Positions 1 to 10,097 of a stretch of 35,594 nucleotides of DNA are shown here, piece after piece (the first letter of the stretch is position 1; every line of letters starts with the position of its first letter). The stretch lies in sequence record SRR31156797_2545; one strand, 5' to 3'. The position numbers and the translations under genes were made by a program. Below the pieces are notes generated by a model. It was not told where the DNA came from and did no database searches. It was given only the letters and a program-made list of their open reading frames with translations.

Positions 1-1392
1 AGCAATATTTCCTATCATTTCACCCATTGAGATAAGTTTGGTTTGTTCTTCTAAAAATTTCAATTCAGTTACATTTTTTGTAGAGACTAAAATTCTTTTT
101 TTATCTGGCATCAAAGCAAAAGACATATTAACTTGAAGAGTTTCTCCATTCTTAATAATACAAGTTTTTTCAAAGTTTTCATAATATCCTTGCTCTTTGA
201 CAATTTTCATCACTTCTATACTTTTTAAAATATCTTGTGGTATAGTAAGATCAATACAAGATTTTGTAAGAAATTCTTCTTTGGAAAATCCAGACATCTC
301 AACATATGCCTGATTACAATCTAAGAATTTAGAATCTAAATCAAATATTGCAATACCATCTTTTGAGGTATTAAAGATTGTTTCGAACTCTTCTTTTTGC
401 TCCAAAAGCTTTTCGTTTTGGATTTTAATCATTGTAAAATCTCTTCCAACTCCTAATACTCCAATGATATTGCTATCTTCATCTTTTACTGCAGTTTTTA
501 CCGTTTGAAGGTACTCTTTATGTCCATCAGATGCAAAAGTGATCTCTTCATAGTTTTCAACTGGGGTAGAAGAGTGCATAGCATTTGTATCATGTTTTCT
601 AAAAAATGTCGCAAGCTCTTGATCTACAAAATCAAAATCTGTTTTTCCTACGATCTCATTTTCCTTGGCACCAAAAAAATCTTCAAATCTTTTATTACAA
701 TGAAGATAAACTCCCTCTTTATCTTTCATCCATACTAAATCTGGAATAGAATTAAGAAGAGCATTTAATTGCAATGCTAAGTTTTTAATAGGCTTACTAA
801 AGTAGATTGATAATCGATGAATTACAAAATAAGAGATAACTACAAGTATTAAAACCAGTCCTAATAAATAGAGCAAGCCATTGAACTTTAGATTATCAAA
901 AGAGTCATTTAAAAGAAAAACTCTAATAATACCTACCGTTTCATTTTTATACCCTTTTTTATATGGTATATCTATCTCCATAAGATTATTATATTGTTGA
1001 ATATAAAAAGTATCTGTCTTTATTACCTCTTTTGATTTTTGAAAAAAGGTATCATCTAATATTTTACCATTATACTTGGAATCAGTATGTCCGATAACAA
1101 ATCCTGTCATATCTTGAATAATGATTTGATTAATATTTTGATTTTGTTTTTTTAGACTTTCTATTAAAAGTCTTGCTTGGTACTTTCCAGAAAAACTTAC
1201 ACTATTAACTGCAGTTCCTATACCATTAGCAATAACTGAACCATATCGATTTTGTTCTTTTGAAATGATATAATTAAAGTAAATTGTTGATGTAAACAAT
1301 ACAGTTAACAAAACCAAAAATATTACTAATCCAAAAAATAAAGAAAGTTTCTTATCTATCTTTGAAAAATCTTCATTATATCTATTGTGCAT
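1..1392 (-). CDS. Membrane PAS-domain sensor histidine kinase, 3'-truncated by the window edge
   Basis: Not in the ORF track; I translated its ends by hand. ATG at 1392 gives MHNRYNEDFSKIDKKLSLFFGLVIFLVLL (TM1), followed by a second hydrophobic segment and PAS-like segments. The same frame ends ...KFLEEQTKLISMGEMIGNIA at base 1, just before the H-box seen in the kinase at 21300-23099. Confidence 0.88.
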   Translation of the reverse strand, partial: MHNRYNEDFSKIDKKLSLFFGLVIFLVLLTVLFTSTIYFNYIISKEQNRYGSVIANGIGTAVNSVSFSGKYQARLLIESLKKQNQNINQIIIQDMTGFVIGHTDSKYNGKILDDTFFQKSKEVIKTDTFYIQQYNNLMEIDIPYKKGYKNETVGIIRVFLLNDSFDNLKFNGLLYLLGLVLILVVISYFVIHRLSIYFSKPIKNLALQLNALLNSIPDLVWMKDKEGVYLHCNKRFEDFFGAKENEIVGKTDFDFVDQELATFFRKHDTNAMHSSTPVENYEEITFASDGHKEYLQTVKTAVKDEDSNIIGVLGVGRDFTMIKIQNEKLLEQKEEFETIFNTSKDGIAIFDLDSKFLDCNQAYVEMSGFSKEEFLTKSCIDLTIPQDILKSIEVMKIVKEQGYYENFEKTCIIKNGETLQVNMSFALMPDKKRILVSTKNVTELKFLEEQTKLISMGEMIGNIA

Positions 1393-1396
1393 CTTA

Positions 1397-2410
1397 TTAC
1401 TTTTGTTTGAGATTATTATTCCAATAAGGATTCATGGATTTCCACGGCTTTTTAAAACTTTCCGGTATTGGAGCAAGCCACCCTTTATAGATATGTTGTG
1501 TCTCTCCCGTAATAGGGAAAACCGGCAATAAAATATGTTGTGAAATATTTTTTCTCATCAGTTTATTATAAGTAACTTGAAGGGCAACAGCTCCCATTTC
1601 CCCACAGAACTGGGCTGAATTAATAATAATATTGTTTTTCTTCTTTAATAGTTCAACAGATTGAGGATCCCCATCTACTGTTGCAACTGCAATCTCATCT
1701 CTATTTGCGGATACAAGTTCTTTTGTCAAACTAACTCCACCACCATCATTAATGGTAAAAATAAGATCCAAAGAATTTCTTTGAGGAAAGTCTTTTAATA
1801 TCTGTTTTCCTACATTTGATCCAGCAATAGGTTCAACAGCTTCATAGCGCTTGAGAATTTTATAATTAATGTTATATTTTTCTAAGGCATCAATAAATCC
1901 ATCTACTCTTTGTACAGTAGAAGATACATAAGGATATTCTACAAGAACAATTTTCAATTCTTTTTTATCTTTAAATTTATCACTAACATATTCTCCATCT
2001 AAAAATCCAGCTTGGTAATTGTCACTTGTAATAAATGAAGCCAATTCTCCTTGTGAAATATACTGATCATATGCAATTACAGGTATTGATTTTGCATTTG
2101 CTTCTAGGAGTGCAGGGACTAATACAGCATTATCTGTAGGCTGTACGATGATTGCATCTACATTTTGAGATAAAAGTTTATAAAACTGTTGGAGTTGATT
2201 TTCCATTCCTTGTTCACCATCTCCAGCAATATACTTGATAAGTTCAATTTTTTTTGAAGCTTTGTTATTAATTTTGATAGCTTCATTTTCAAGCCCTTGT
2301 TTCATGGCAACTTGTCCTTCAATAGTATTTGACCAAAATAGAACACCAATTTTAAAAGTACCTGATCCATATAACAAACACGAAAATATAATAAGCAGAA
2401 GAAACTTCAT
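1397..2410 (-). CDS. Periplasmic sugar-binding-type (RbsB-like) solute-binding protein, probably a sensor partner of the adjacent kinase
   Basis: Signal peptide; VDAIIVQPTD, IPVIAYD, FITSDNYQAG, IFTINDGG and VATVDG motifs of type I sugar-binding proteins. No permease nearby; 4 bp from the kinase. Confidence 0.85.
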   Translation of the reverse strand: MKFLLLIIFSCLLYGSGTFKIGVLFWSNTIEGQVAMKQGLENEAIKINNKASKKIELIKYIAGDGEQGMENQLQQFYKLLSQNVDAIIVQPTDNAVLVPALLEANAKSIPVIAYDQYISQGELASFITSDNYQAGFLDGEYVSDKFKDKKELKIVLVEYPYVSSTVQRVDGFIDALEKYNINYKILKRYEAVEPIAGSNVGKQILKDFPQRNSLDLIFTINDGGGVSLTKELVSANRDEIAVATVDGDPQSVELLKKKNNIIINSAQFCGEMGAVALQVTYNKLMRKNISQHILLPVFPITGETQHIYKGWLAPIPESFKKPWKSMNPYWNNNLKQK

Positions 2411-2412
2411 AT

Positions 2413-4290
2413 TTAAGTTCTTTTTTTCATATCAATATTTAAGTGTAAAATATCCACAGCTGATGGTGTCACCCCAGAAATTTGACTTGCATTAAAAAGC
2501 GTTGGTGGCTTATGAATTTTAAGCTTTTCAATCACTTCACTTGAAAGCCCTGGCAATCCATCATAGTTAAAATCTTCAGGGATCTTTAGATCAAGCATCT
2601 TTCTCATCTTTTCAATTTGTTTTGCTTGTTTTTGCACATATCTAAAATATTTTGCTTCGGTGATCACTTGCTCTTTTAGATACTCATCAAGATCAGCTAA
2701 AGATGGAACTAACCTATCAAACTTTTCACTTGTGATAGTATTTCTTCCAACTACATCAATAAGAAGTGTTCTATCGGCTATCTTATCTTCTCCAAGCTCT
2801 TCTAGAAGGGCAAGGTTTTCTTTTTTTGGAGTAAACCATTCATTTGACATAAACTCTACTGCATCTTCAAGAGTTTTTTTCTTATGTTGCATCTTTTGAT
2901 AGGTTTCTTCATCTACAAGCCCTATATCGTATCCATACTCCATAAGACGAAGATCTGCACTCTCTTCTCTTAAAAGAAGTCTATATTCCGCCCTACTTGT
3001 AAACATACGATATGGCTCATTTGTCCCTTTAGTAACCAGATCATCGATAAGCACTCCAATATAGCTTTCATCTCGTCTTAATACTAATGGTTCTTTATCA
3101 TCAAGTGAAAGTACTGCATTAATCCCAGCCATAAGTCCTTGAGCTGCTGCTTCTTCATATCCTGTCGTTGCATTGATCTGTCCTGCAAGGTAAAGGTTTC
3201 TTACTTTTTTTGTTTCAAGTGTATGTTTTAGTTCAGTCGGGTCTATATAATCATACTCTATCGCATAGGCATATCGTACAATCTGTGCATTTTCAAGCCC
3301 TTTAATAGAGTGTATCTTTTGTTTTTGTACATCGATAGGAAGTGATGAACTTAATCCATTGATATAATACTCTTCAGCTCGAATAGTTTGTGGTTCTAAA
3401 AACAGCTGATGTCGATCTCTTTCACTAAATCTATTTACTTTATCTTCTATACTAGGACAATATCTAGGACCTGTCCCTTCAATTTGTCCAGTAAAAAGAG
3501 GAGCTCTATCAAAGTTTGTTCGGATAATATCATGAGTATCAACATTTGTATAGGTTACATAACATGGAAGCTGGGTAGGATTGAACTCTTGTTTATTCGT
3601 TCGAAAACTAAATGGTTTTGGATTTTCATCCCCATCATGCACTTCCATTTCACTAAAATCTATTGAGTTTTTATTGATACGTGCTGGTGTTCCAGTTTTA
3701 AGTCGCCCTACATTTAATCCTAAGATCTTTAACTGATCAGATAAAGTACTTGATGGAAGCTCCCAAGCTCTTCCTGCTGGATACTGATTTTCTCCTATAT
3801 GGATAAGCCCTTTCATAAAAGTTCCAGTGGTAAGGATCACTTTGTGTGCTTCAAACTCTTCACCAAGCTTAGTGGTTACCCCAAATACTTCTAAGCTATC
3901 TTCCATAGCTTCTACTTTCAGTGCACTTACTTCATCTTGGTATACATCAAGGTTTGGAGTATTGAGAGTTACATTTCTCATATATTCACGATAGGCATCC
4001 ATATCTATTTGAGCACGACTACCTTGAACAGCTGCACCTTTACTTGCATTTAATATTCTAAATTGGATCCCAGTAGCATCCGTACATAATCCCATCTCTC
4101 CACCAAGAGCATCTACCTCTCGTACCAAATGCCCTTTGGCAAGTCCACCAATAGCTGGATTACAACTTGCTGCTCCAATTTGTTCTACAAGCATAGTAAT
4201 AAGTAAGGTTTTTTTACCCATCCTTGCACTTGCTAGTGATGCTTCGATCCCTGCATGACCACCACCAACAACTATTACATCATATTTCAT
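2413..4290 (-). CDS. mnmG: tRNA uridine 5-carboxymethylaminomethyl modification enzyme MnmG (GidA)
   Basis: [18 protein letters not shown] motif, [64 protein letters not shown]. Confidence 0.98.
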   Translation of the reverse strand: MKYDVIVVGGGHAGIEASLASARMGKKTLLITMLVEQIGAASCNPAIGGLAKGHLVREVDALGGEMGLCTDATGIQFRILNASKGAAVQGSRAQIDMDAYREYMRNVTLNTPNLDVYQDEVSALKVEAMEDSLEVFGVTTKLGEEFEAHKVILTTGTFMKGLIHIGENQYPAGRAWELPSSTLSDQLKILGLNVGRLKTGTPARINKNSIDFSEMEVHDGDENPKPFSFRTNKQEFNPTQLPCYVTYTNVDTHDIIRTNFDRAPLFTGQIEGTGPRYCPSIEDKVNRFSERDRHQLFLEPQTIRAEEYYINGLSSSLPIDVQKQKIHSIKGLENAQIVRYAYAIEYDYIDPTELKHTLETKKVRNLYLAGQINATTGYEEAAAQGLMAGINAVLSLDDKEPLVLRRDESYIGVLIDDLVTKGTNEPYRMFTSRAEYRLLLREESADLRLMEYGYDIGLVDEETYQKMQHKKKTLEDAVEFMSNEWFTPKKENLALLEELGEDKIADRTLLIDVVGRNTITSEKFDRLVPSLADLDEYLKEQVITEAKYFRYVQKQAKQIEKMRKMLDLKIPEDFNYDGLPGLSSEVIEKLKIHKPPTLFNASQISGVTPSAVDILHLNIDMKKRT

Positions 4291-4317
4291 TGTTTACCTT
4301 TTACGATTCTATGGCGT

Positions 4318-4323
4318 ATTATA
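4318..4323 (-). promoter_or_regulatory. Putative sigma70 -10 box (TATAAT) for mnmG
   Basis: Perfect TATAAT on the minus strand about 28 bp upstream of the mnmG ATG, in the 89-bp intergenic gap. Confidence 0.5.
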
Positions 4324-4379
4324 GTTAAAAACCATTTAGTTATTTATGAAAAAAACATATTACTATTTAAAGAGGTGGA

Positions 4380-5561
4380 TTAAAACTCTTTGAGGGCTAT
4401 TATCGGCTGAATATTAGAAGCTCTCATTGCAGGATAGATACCAAAGATTACTCCTGAAAGTAGAGTGATAAGGATCCCTATTAAAAATGGCTCTAATGAA
4501 AATGCTATATAAAGATCAGTAAAAAGAAAAAGGATTATTAAAATGATATATCCAAATACTCCACCTATCATCCCTCCAACAAAAGCTAAAAAAGAGGTAT
4601 AGAGTAAGTAGTATCTTATGATTCTTTTTTTTGTAGCTCCCAAAGCCATTTTAAGTCCTATCTCCCTTGTTTGTTCATTGATATTAGAAAGTACAGCATT
4701 CATTACACTTATTCCACCAGTAAGAAGTGATAAAATAGCAATAGAGATCAAAATGATATTAAAAGTTTTTTGTGCCTCTTTCTCTTGATCTAAGATCTCT
4801 AAAGGGATACTAACTGTAAAGTTGTTGATATTAAAGTTCTCTGAGCTTATTTTATTTTTTAAAATATTTGCTAAAAGGGGAATATTTTGTTGATTTTTAA
4901 TAAATATATTGATCTGATCATAGATCTGGTTACTAAACTTTAAAGTACTATAGGGAACAAAAATAAAATTATTAAGATTATTTTTAATAGTACTGATCCC
5001 TACAACCTTATAAGTTGTACCATTAAAAACGATATTTTCATTGATCCCTATATTATATTTAAAGGCTATATCTTCACTGACTACTGCATTAAACCTATTA
5101 TTGTCTATATCATTTTGTAAAAGTGGCCTTCCTTTGATAACATCTAAATTCTCGATCAATAAAAAAACTTCATTTGAGCCTATCACTGAAGCAGTTGTAT
5201 CCCCTTTTTTTAAAAATATTGATTGATTTTTATCATGAATCATCATTGATGTATATCCATATTTATTAACAATACGCTCAATCAACTGATAATTTTTATG
5301 ACTTAATCCCTCAAAACGGTTTTTACTCATACTTGAAGCATTTGAAAATGGTTTATTGATTATTCTAATGGTATTGATCCCAAGATCTCTAATATTTTCA
5401 AGTGTTTTTTGTTTTGCCCCATTACCAATAGAGATCATTACAATAATGGAGACGATAAATATCATAATACCCATCACACTTAAAAGGGAATGGATCCATT
5501 TTTTTTTAAAATTATTAAAAGCACTTAAAACATCATAATGTAAAAAAGAGTGATATTTCAT
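4380..5561 (-). CDS. MacB-type ABC transporter permease (periplasmic core plus FtsX domain)
   Basis: SLLSVMGIMI TM1, large periplasmic domain, GGISVMNAVLSNINEQTREIGLKMALGA and GVIFGIYPAMRASNIQPIIALKE. Confidence 0.92.
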   Translation of the reverse strand: MKYHSFLHYDVLSAFNNFKKKWIHSLLSVMGIMIFIVSIIVMISIGNGAKQKTLENIRDLGINTIRIINKPFSNASSMSKNRFEGLSHKNYQLIERIVNKYGYTSMMIHDKNQSIFLKKGDTTASVIGSNEVFLLIENLDVIKGRPLLQNDIDNNRFNAVVSEDIAFKYNIGINENIVFNGTTYKVVGISTIKNNLNNFIFVPYSTLKFSNQIYDQINIFIKNQQNIPLLANILKNKISSENFNINNFTVSIPLEILDQEKEAQKTFNIILISIAILSLLTGGISVMNAVLSNINEQTREIGLKMALGATKKRIIRYYLLYTSFLAFVGGMIGGVFGYIILIILFLFTDLYIAFSLEPFLIGILITLLSGVIFGIYPAMRASNIQPIIALKEF

Positions 5562-6208
5562 TATAACTTCTCAATTTCAATAATTCGTGAACAATAGGTG
5601 ATCACCAAAGGATCATGGGTCACTATAACAACAGTTTTCCCCTCTTTTTCTACTAATTCTTTTAACATATCCAAGATCTGAATAGAGTTAGCTTCATCAA
5701 GGTTTCCTGTGGGTTCATCTGCAAAGATTATTTGAGGATCCATCACTAAAGCTCTAGCAATTGCAACTCTCTGTTGCTCTCCTCCTGAGAGGTATCTGAC
5801 TTCTTTATTTTCATAATGTTCTAAGCCAACTCGAACTAAAGAGTTTTTTACAATCGTATCTACAGATACTTCTGGAAAGTTTTTTCCATAATAAAAAGGC
5901 AAAGCTATATTCTCTTTGACATTCAAATGCATCAACATATTAGAATGCTGAAAAATAAAGCCAAACTTTTCATTTCTAATAGAAGCAACCTCTTCAGAGG
6001 AAAACTTTAAAAGATTTTCACCCTCAAATACTACCTCTCCACTATCTGGTAGATCCAATGTTGCTATAATTGAAAGAAGCGTTGATTTTCCACTTCCAGA
6101 GGGTCCAACTATTCCTAAAAATTCACCTTTGTTTACTTGTAAATCAAACTGATCAAATACAGTTTTTTGCTCATATGTTTTTACAATATTATTAAGTTCC
6201 AGAATCAT
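5561..6208 (-). CDS. MacB/LolD-type ABC transporter ATP-binding protein
   Basis: Walker A GPSGSGKST, LSGGEQQRVAIARAL, IFADEPTGNLD, VTHD. Confidence 0.95.
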   Translation of the reverse strand: MILELNNIVKTYEQKTVFDQFDLQVNKGEFLGIVGPSGSGKSTLLSIIATLDLPDSGEVVFEGENLLKFSSEEVASIRNEKFGFIFQHSNMLMHLNVKENIALPFYYGKNFPEVSVDTIVKNSLVRVGLEHYENKEVRYLSGGEQQRVAIARALVMDPQIIFADEPTGNLDEANSIQILDMLKELVEKEGKTVVIVTHDPLVITYCSRIIEIEKL

Positions 6209-7620
6209 TTTACGATAACAGTCTCATTCTCTTGTAATCCATCTAGGATTTCAGTATATTTCTCTCCCATTTTACCAATTGTGATATATTTTTTCTCTAT
6301 TGAGTCATTTTGCAATACTTCTACATATTCTGATTTTCCATCATAATTAATAGCATCATTAGGAACGGCAAGTGTATCAACTACTGTATCATAGATAATA
6401 TCAACATTTGCAGACATTCCTGAGCGAAGTATAGTCTCATTTTTATCCACCTTTATAATCGCATCAAAAAATTTTATATCTTTGATATCTTCATTTTTTT
6501 TAGCAACAATATCTATATAATCAAACTGTCCATAAAATAACTTTTCTGGATATGCATCTAATTGGATAATAACTTTTATATTACTATTTACTTTATTAAG
6601 ATCTATCTCTCTTATTTTTGTTTTTACAATCATATTTTTGGTATCTGGGATTTGGATAAAAGCTTGATTTCTCCAAATACTATCACCTATATTTACCTTT
6701 TCTTTTTTCCCATTTTTATGAAAAGTATTATAAAGGATCACACCATCAATTGGTGCACGTACATCACACGCTTCTACATTCTTTTTTGCTTGTTTCAGTT
6801 CAGACTCACAATAATCAATCACTGAAGCTGCTTTTTCCAATTGAGCCTGCTTAGTATCAAGCATAAACTTGTTTTGTACTCTTTTATTTACCAGTTCCTC
6901 TTCAAGATCTTTTAACATTATCTCTTGCTCTTTGATCTGTTTTGGCCAAGTATATTTTTGGTATGTTCCTAATCTTTCTCTTGCTGTTTCTAAAGCTTCT
7001 GTTGTATTGTGTTGTTTATTTTGAACTTCATCACGTTCACGTTTGCTTATATATCCTTTTTGATATAAGGAGTTATAATCTCGAAGCTCTTCATTTACAA
7101 GATCAAGCTTTCTCTCCTCTTGTAAAATCTTTTGTTTATATTCATTCAGTTTTACAACACCTTCTCCCAACTTAATATCTTGGAGTTTTATTTTAGCAAC
7201 CTCTATAGACTTTTTTAGTTTTTCAATACTCTCAACACTTTTATTTTCATGGATCTCTAGCTCTTTTTGCGCTTTAATATGAGCCGCTTTTGCTTCTTCT
7301 AACTGATATTTCCATTTTCCCATATCATCCACAAAAGCTTTTGTATCAAAACGTGCAATAATAGCCCCTTTTGTTACTTTTGTACCCTCAGGGATTAGTT
7401 CAACTATTTTTGCTCTATTTGATAAGATGGGAGATTTTATCTGCACAAACCTCGAAGCTTCTAAAGTTCCTCTTTGAGTGAGTTTAAGGTCAAAAGAGCG
7501 TTTTATCACCTTTTCATATTTATGATTTAACTGCTCCTCTTCCAAACTAAAAAAAGATATCACTAAAATAGCGATGATTATAAATGGTACGATTAATAAT
7601 AAGTTGTTTTTTTTATTCAT
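6205..7620 (-). CDS. MacA-like periplasmic adaptor (membrane fusion protein) with a long coiled coil
   Basis: N-terminal anchor, EGTKVTKGAIIARFD lipoyl half-motif, long helical hairpin, VRAPIDGVI, LRSGMSANVDI, LAVPNDAI, EILDGLQENETV. Confidence 0.9.
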   Translation of the reverse strand: MNKKNNLLLIVPFIIIAILVISFFSLEEEQLNHKYEKVIKRSFDLKLTQRGTLEASRFVQIKSPILSNRAKIVELIPEGTKVTKGAIIARFDTKAFVDDMGKWKYQLEEAKAAHIKAQKELEIHENKSVESIEKLKKSIEVAKIKLQDIKLGEGVVKLNEYKQKILQEERKLDLVNEELRDYNSLYQKGYISKRERDEVQNKQHNTTEALETARERLGTYQKYTWPKQIKEQEIMLKDLEEELVNKRVQNKFMLDTKQAQLEKAASVIDYCESELKQAKKNVEACDVRAPIDGVILYNTFHKNGKKEKVNIGDSIWRNQAFIQIPDTKNMIVKTKIREIDLNKVNSNIKVIIQLDAYPEKLFYGQFDYIDIVAKKNEDIKDIKFFDAIIKVDKNETILRSGMSANVDIIYDTVVDTLAVPNDAINYDGKSEYVEVLQNDSIEKKYITIGKMGEKYTEILDGLQENETVIVK

Positions 7621-8980
7621 ATATTCTCTTAATAAAATCTCTATCTAAATACCCTAAAGCTTTCACAAGTTTTAAAAATGCAATATTGTGACGAACCAAT
7701 TCATTCATATATTCCACTTGTGATTGGGAATACACTGCTTCAGCATCTAATATATCTAAGTTACTTGAAAGTCCACGATTATATCTAATTTGTGCAATCT
7801 CTAAAGAGTTTTTAGATTCTATCTGTTTTAGCTGATAAATCTCTAAATTCTCTTTTGTATTGAGATAATCATTTTTCAAGGCATTGATCTCTTTTAATAT
7901 CTCTCTTTGTAAAGCATCTTTATCTCTTTGAAGTCTATTAAGATATATCTTTGCCTTTTTATATTTTATATCTTGTGCTGTTGTATTAAAGTTATAATTG
8001 GAACTCACTCCCACACTCCATTGATTTTCATCAAAATCAAAGGAATCACTTAGCTGGGTTTCACTTGATTGAAAAGTATATCCAAGATCAAGTTCTAGAT
8101 CAGGTAAAAACTCTTTTTTGATATTATATAAATCCCTTTTTGAAAACCTTTCATTTAATAGCATCTCGTTCCATCGAAGGTTAAAGCCTAATAACTCCTC
8201 ATGTGAAACTTCTCGAACACCCTCTTTTATCACTTCTATATCACTTTTATTTATTACTTTTTTTGTATCTTGATTTATATAGTAATAGAGTTCATCTAAA
8301 GAGTCTTTGTGTTGTTTAAGAGTTTCTTTGAGGTTTTTCTTTTGATCTAAAAATGACAACTTTGCTCTATGTACATCTATTTTAGAAACAATTCCACTTT
8401 TATATTTTGCTTGTGCTGCTTTATAGTTTTTTTCTGCCCTACTTAAGGCTTGTTCCTGAATAGTTATCTTTGATTCACTTAAAGTATAGTTATAATATTT
8501 GACCACTGCTTTAATGATTATATCTGCTTCAGTATCAACTTTAATCAATTTAAATAGATCAAAGTTTTCTTTTGCTCTATCTAAAGAGTTTGTGTTATAT
8601 TGTTTTCCAAACTTTTGTAACAGTGCTTGCTTATATCCGATAGAAAACTTTGGAGTATATTGAGTATACTCATCATAATCAGATCGTTTTACTTCAAATT
8701 TATTGTATAAACTTCCACCATACTGATTCTTTTGATCTCTTTGTATTCCAAGAGAGAGAGTATTAGAATCATCATTGGCATTAAAATAAGAGCTTGGAGA
8801 ATAACTACTAGAAAACTTATTTTGTTGGAGCTCATAATCAAGCTTTAATGAGAGTTCATTATCATTAAGTAGTTTTGCGTCATTACTGTTTTCTAAAGAG
8901 AGTTGAATATATTGATTTAAAGAGAAAGAGAATAAAGTTGTGTGAATAAGGCAAATAAATATAATTTTATACAAAAGCAA
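7613..8980 (-). CDS. TolC-family outer-membrane efflux protein
   Basis: Signal peptide; the two outer-membrane-efflux repeat motifs AQAKYKSGIVSKIDV and AQIRYNRGLSSNLDILDAE; adjacent to MacA/MacB genes; TTG start. Confidence 0.9.
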   Translation of the reverse strand: MLLYKIIFICLIHTTLFSFSLNQYIQLSLENSNDAKLLNDNELSLKLDYELQQNKFSSSYSPSSYFNANDDSNTLSLGIQRDQKNQYGGSLYNKFEVKRSDYDEYTQYTPKFSIGYKQALLQKFGKQYNTNSLDRAKENFDLFKLIKVDTEADIIIKAVVKYYNYTLSESKITIQEQALSRAEKNYKAAQAKYKSGIVSKIDVHRAKLSFLDQKKNLKETLKQHKDSLDELYYYINQDTKKVINKSDIEVIKEGVREVSHEELLGFNLRWNEMLLNERFSKRDLYNIKKEFLPDLELDLGYTFQSSETQLSDSFDFDENQWSVGVSSNYNFNTTAQDIKYKKAKIYLNRLQRDKDALQREILKEINALKNDYLNTKENLEIYQLKQIESKNSLEIAQIRYNRGLSSNLDILDAEAVYSQSQVEYMNELVRHNIAFLKLVKALGYLDRDFIKRIYE

Positions 8981-8987
8981 CCTTTGT

Positions 8988-9021
8988 TAAAAATAAAACT
9001 TCAAAAGAAGTTTTATTTTTA
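8988..9021. terminator. Perfect 15-bp stem-loop inside the cluster (terminator or mRNA-stabilising hairpin)
   Basis: TAAAAATAAAACTTC-aaaa-GAAGTTTTATTTTTA, between the 343-aa gene and the TolC gene. Confidence 0.65.
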
Positions 9022-9036
9022 CCGTATTGTATCTAA

Positions 9037-10068
9037 CTATCTTGTCCATACACCTGTAAAGTAAGCATTATCTGCCGTAAATTCATTAGTTGACCCTGAT
9101 GCTGTTCCACTATAATCAGTTCCTGAAGAATAAATTAAAGTAAAATAACCATTATCTAAATCCCATGTACATGTTCCATGAGTTCCAGCATCACTTCCTT
9201 GTAAAGAAGTATAGCTACAAGTTTTATCACTACTTAATACATGTTCATATACCCAAAGATCTCCTGTACTATTTGTATAATTTGTGGTCCATGTTCCTAC
9301 TAAACTTGTGTATTGTGCATCAGTAATATTCACTTCTTGTTGTGTATCAGTTGTATCATCATGTGCATCACTATCACTAGAACTACTTCCTCCACCACCT
9401 GCAGCAGCTGCTCCTCCTGCTACTACAGCTACTCCTGCAACTGCTGCTGTTGTACTTATACCTGCTGATGTTGCTGCTACTGTTCCTGCTGATGTTGTCC
9501 CAGAGCTACTAGCTGCTGCGGCAGCTGATGTACTTGATCCTGTATTTAATCCTGCTACGATACCATATCTTGCAGCTGATTCTACTGTATCCAATGCAAT
9601 ATTATCAGTAAACCCTTGTACCATCTCTGGAGCTTTTGCAAGTTCTGTTTTTACTTGAATAACTCCATCACCTGATACATCTTGATATGCTGGTGTTTTT
9701 GAACCATTTTCAAGTGTTACTGCACTAAATGTTTGTGTTTTATACACTACGTTTGCACTATTTTTTACTAAGATAAGATAATCGATCCCTTTTGTCCCTG
9801 TTGACACTGCTGGAAGTGTTGCTGAGCATTCTGTTTTTTCACAGCTCATTGGAACAAATGAATAGTTAGCCACATCTGATGATTTAAAGTAAGTTCTTAC
9901 TACATCTACTCCTGCGTTATCTTCAACATTTGCATTTATCATAATTCTTTTTCCAGCTACTATCTCTTCAATAATTGGATCTAATTCAATATTTGCACTT
10001 ACATCTGCTAATAATGAACTTGCTGCTAAACTCACACACCCTAATGTTAATAATATTCTTTTTTGCAT
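9037..10068 (-). CDS. Secreted modular protein: Ig-like N-domain, Ala/Ser/Thr/Gly low-complexity linker, small beta-rich C-domain
   Basis: Signal peptide; beta-strand-patterned N-domain with a Cys pair; linker TTAAVAGVAVVAGGAAAAGGGGSSSSD; C-domain starting LVGTW with a Cys pair; AAGGA RBS. Confidence 0.7.
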   Translation of the reverse strand: MQKRILLTLGCVSLAASSLLADVSANIELDPIIEEIVAGKRIMINANVEDNAGVDVVRTYFKSSDVANYSFVPMSCEKTECSATLPAVSTGTKGIDYLILVKNSANVVYKTQTFSAVTLENGSKTPAYQDVSGDGVIQVKTELAKAPEMVQGFTDNIALDTVESAARYGIVAGLNTGSSTSAAAAASSSGTTSAGTVAATSAGISTTAAVAGVAVVAGGAAAAGGGGSSSSDSDAHDDTTDTQQEVNITDAQYTSLVGTWTTNYTNSTGDLWVYEHVLSSDKTCSYTSLQGSDAGTHGTCTWDLDNGYFTLIYSSGTDYSGTASGSTNEFTADNAYFTGVWTR

Positions 10069-10097
10069 AACTTATCCTTTTTATTTATATGATTTGA

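Noticed and set aside
4625-5507. Poly-T/A runs of 8-9 nt in the permease gene as phase-variation tracts
   Set aside because: Such runs are common in this AT-rich DNA, the frame is intact, and Campylobacterota contingency loci are typically poly-G/C.
9284-9658. 124-aa plus-strand ORF with PPPPAAAAPP
   Set aside because: It is the antisense shadow of the Ala/Gly-rich linker of 9037-10068.
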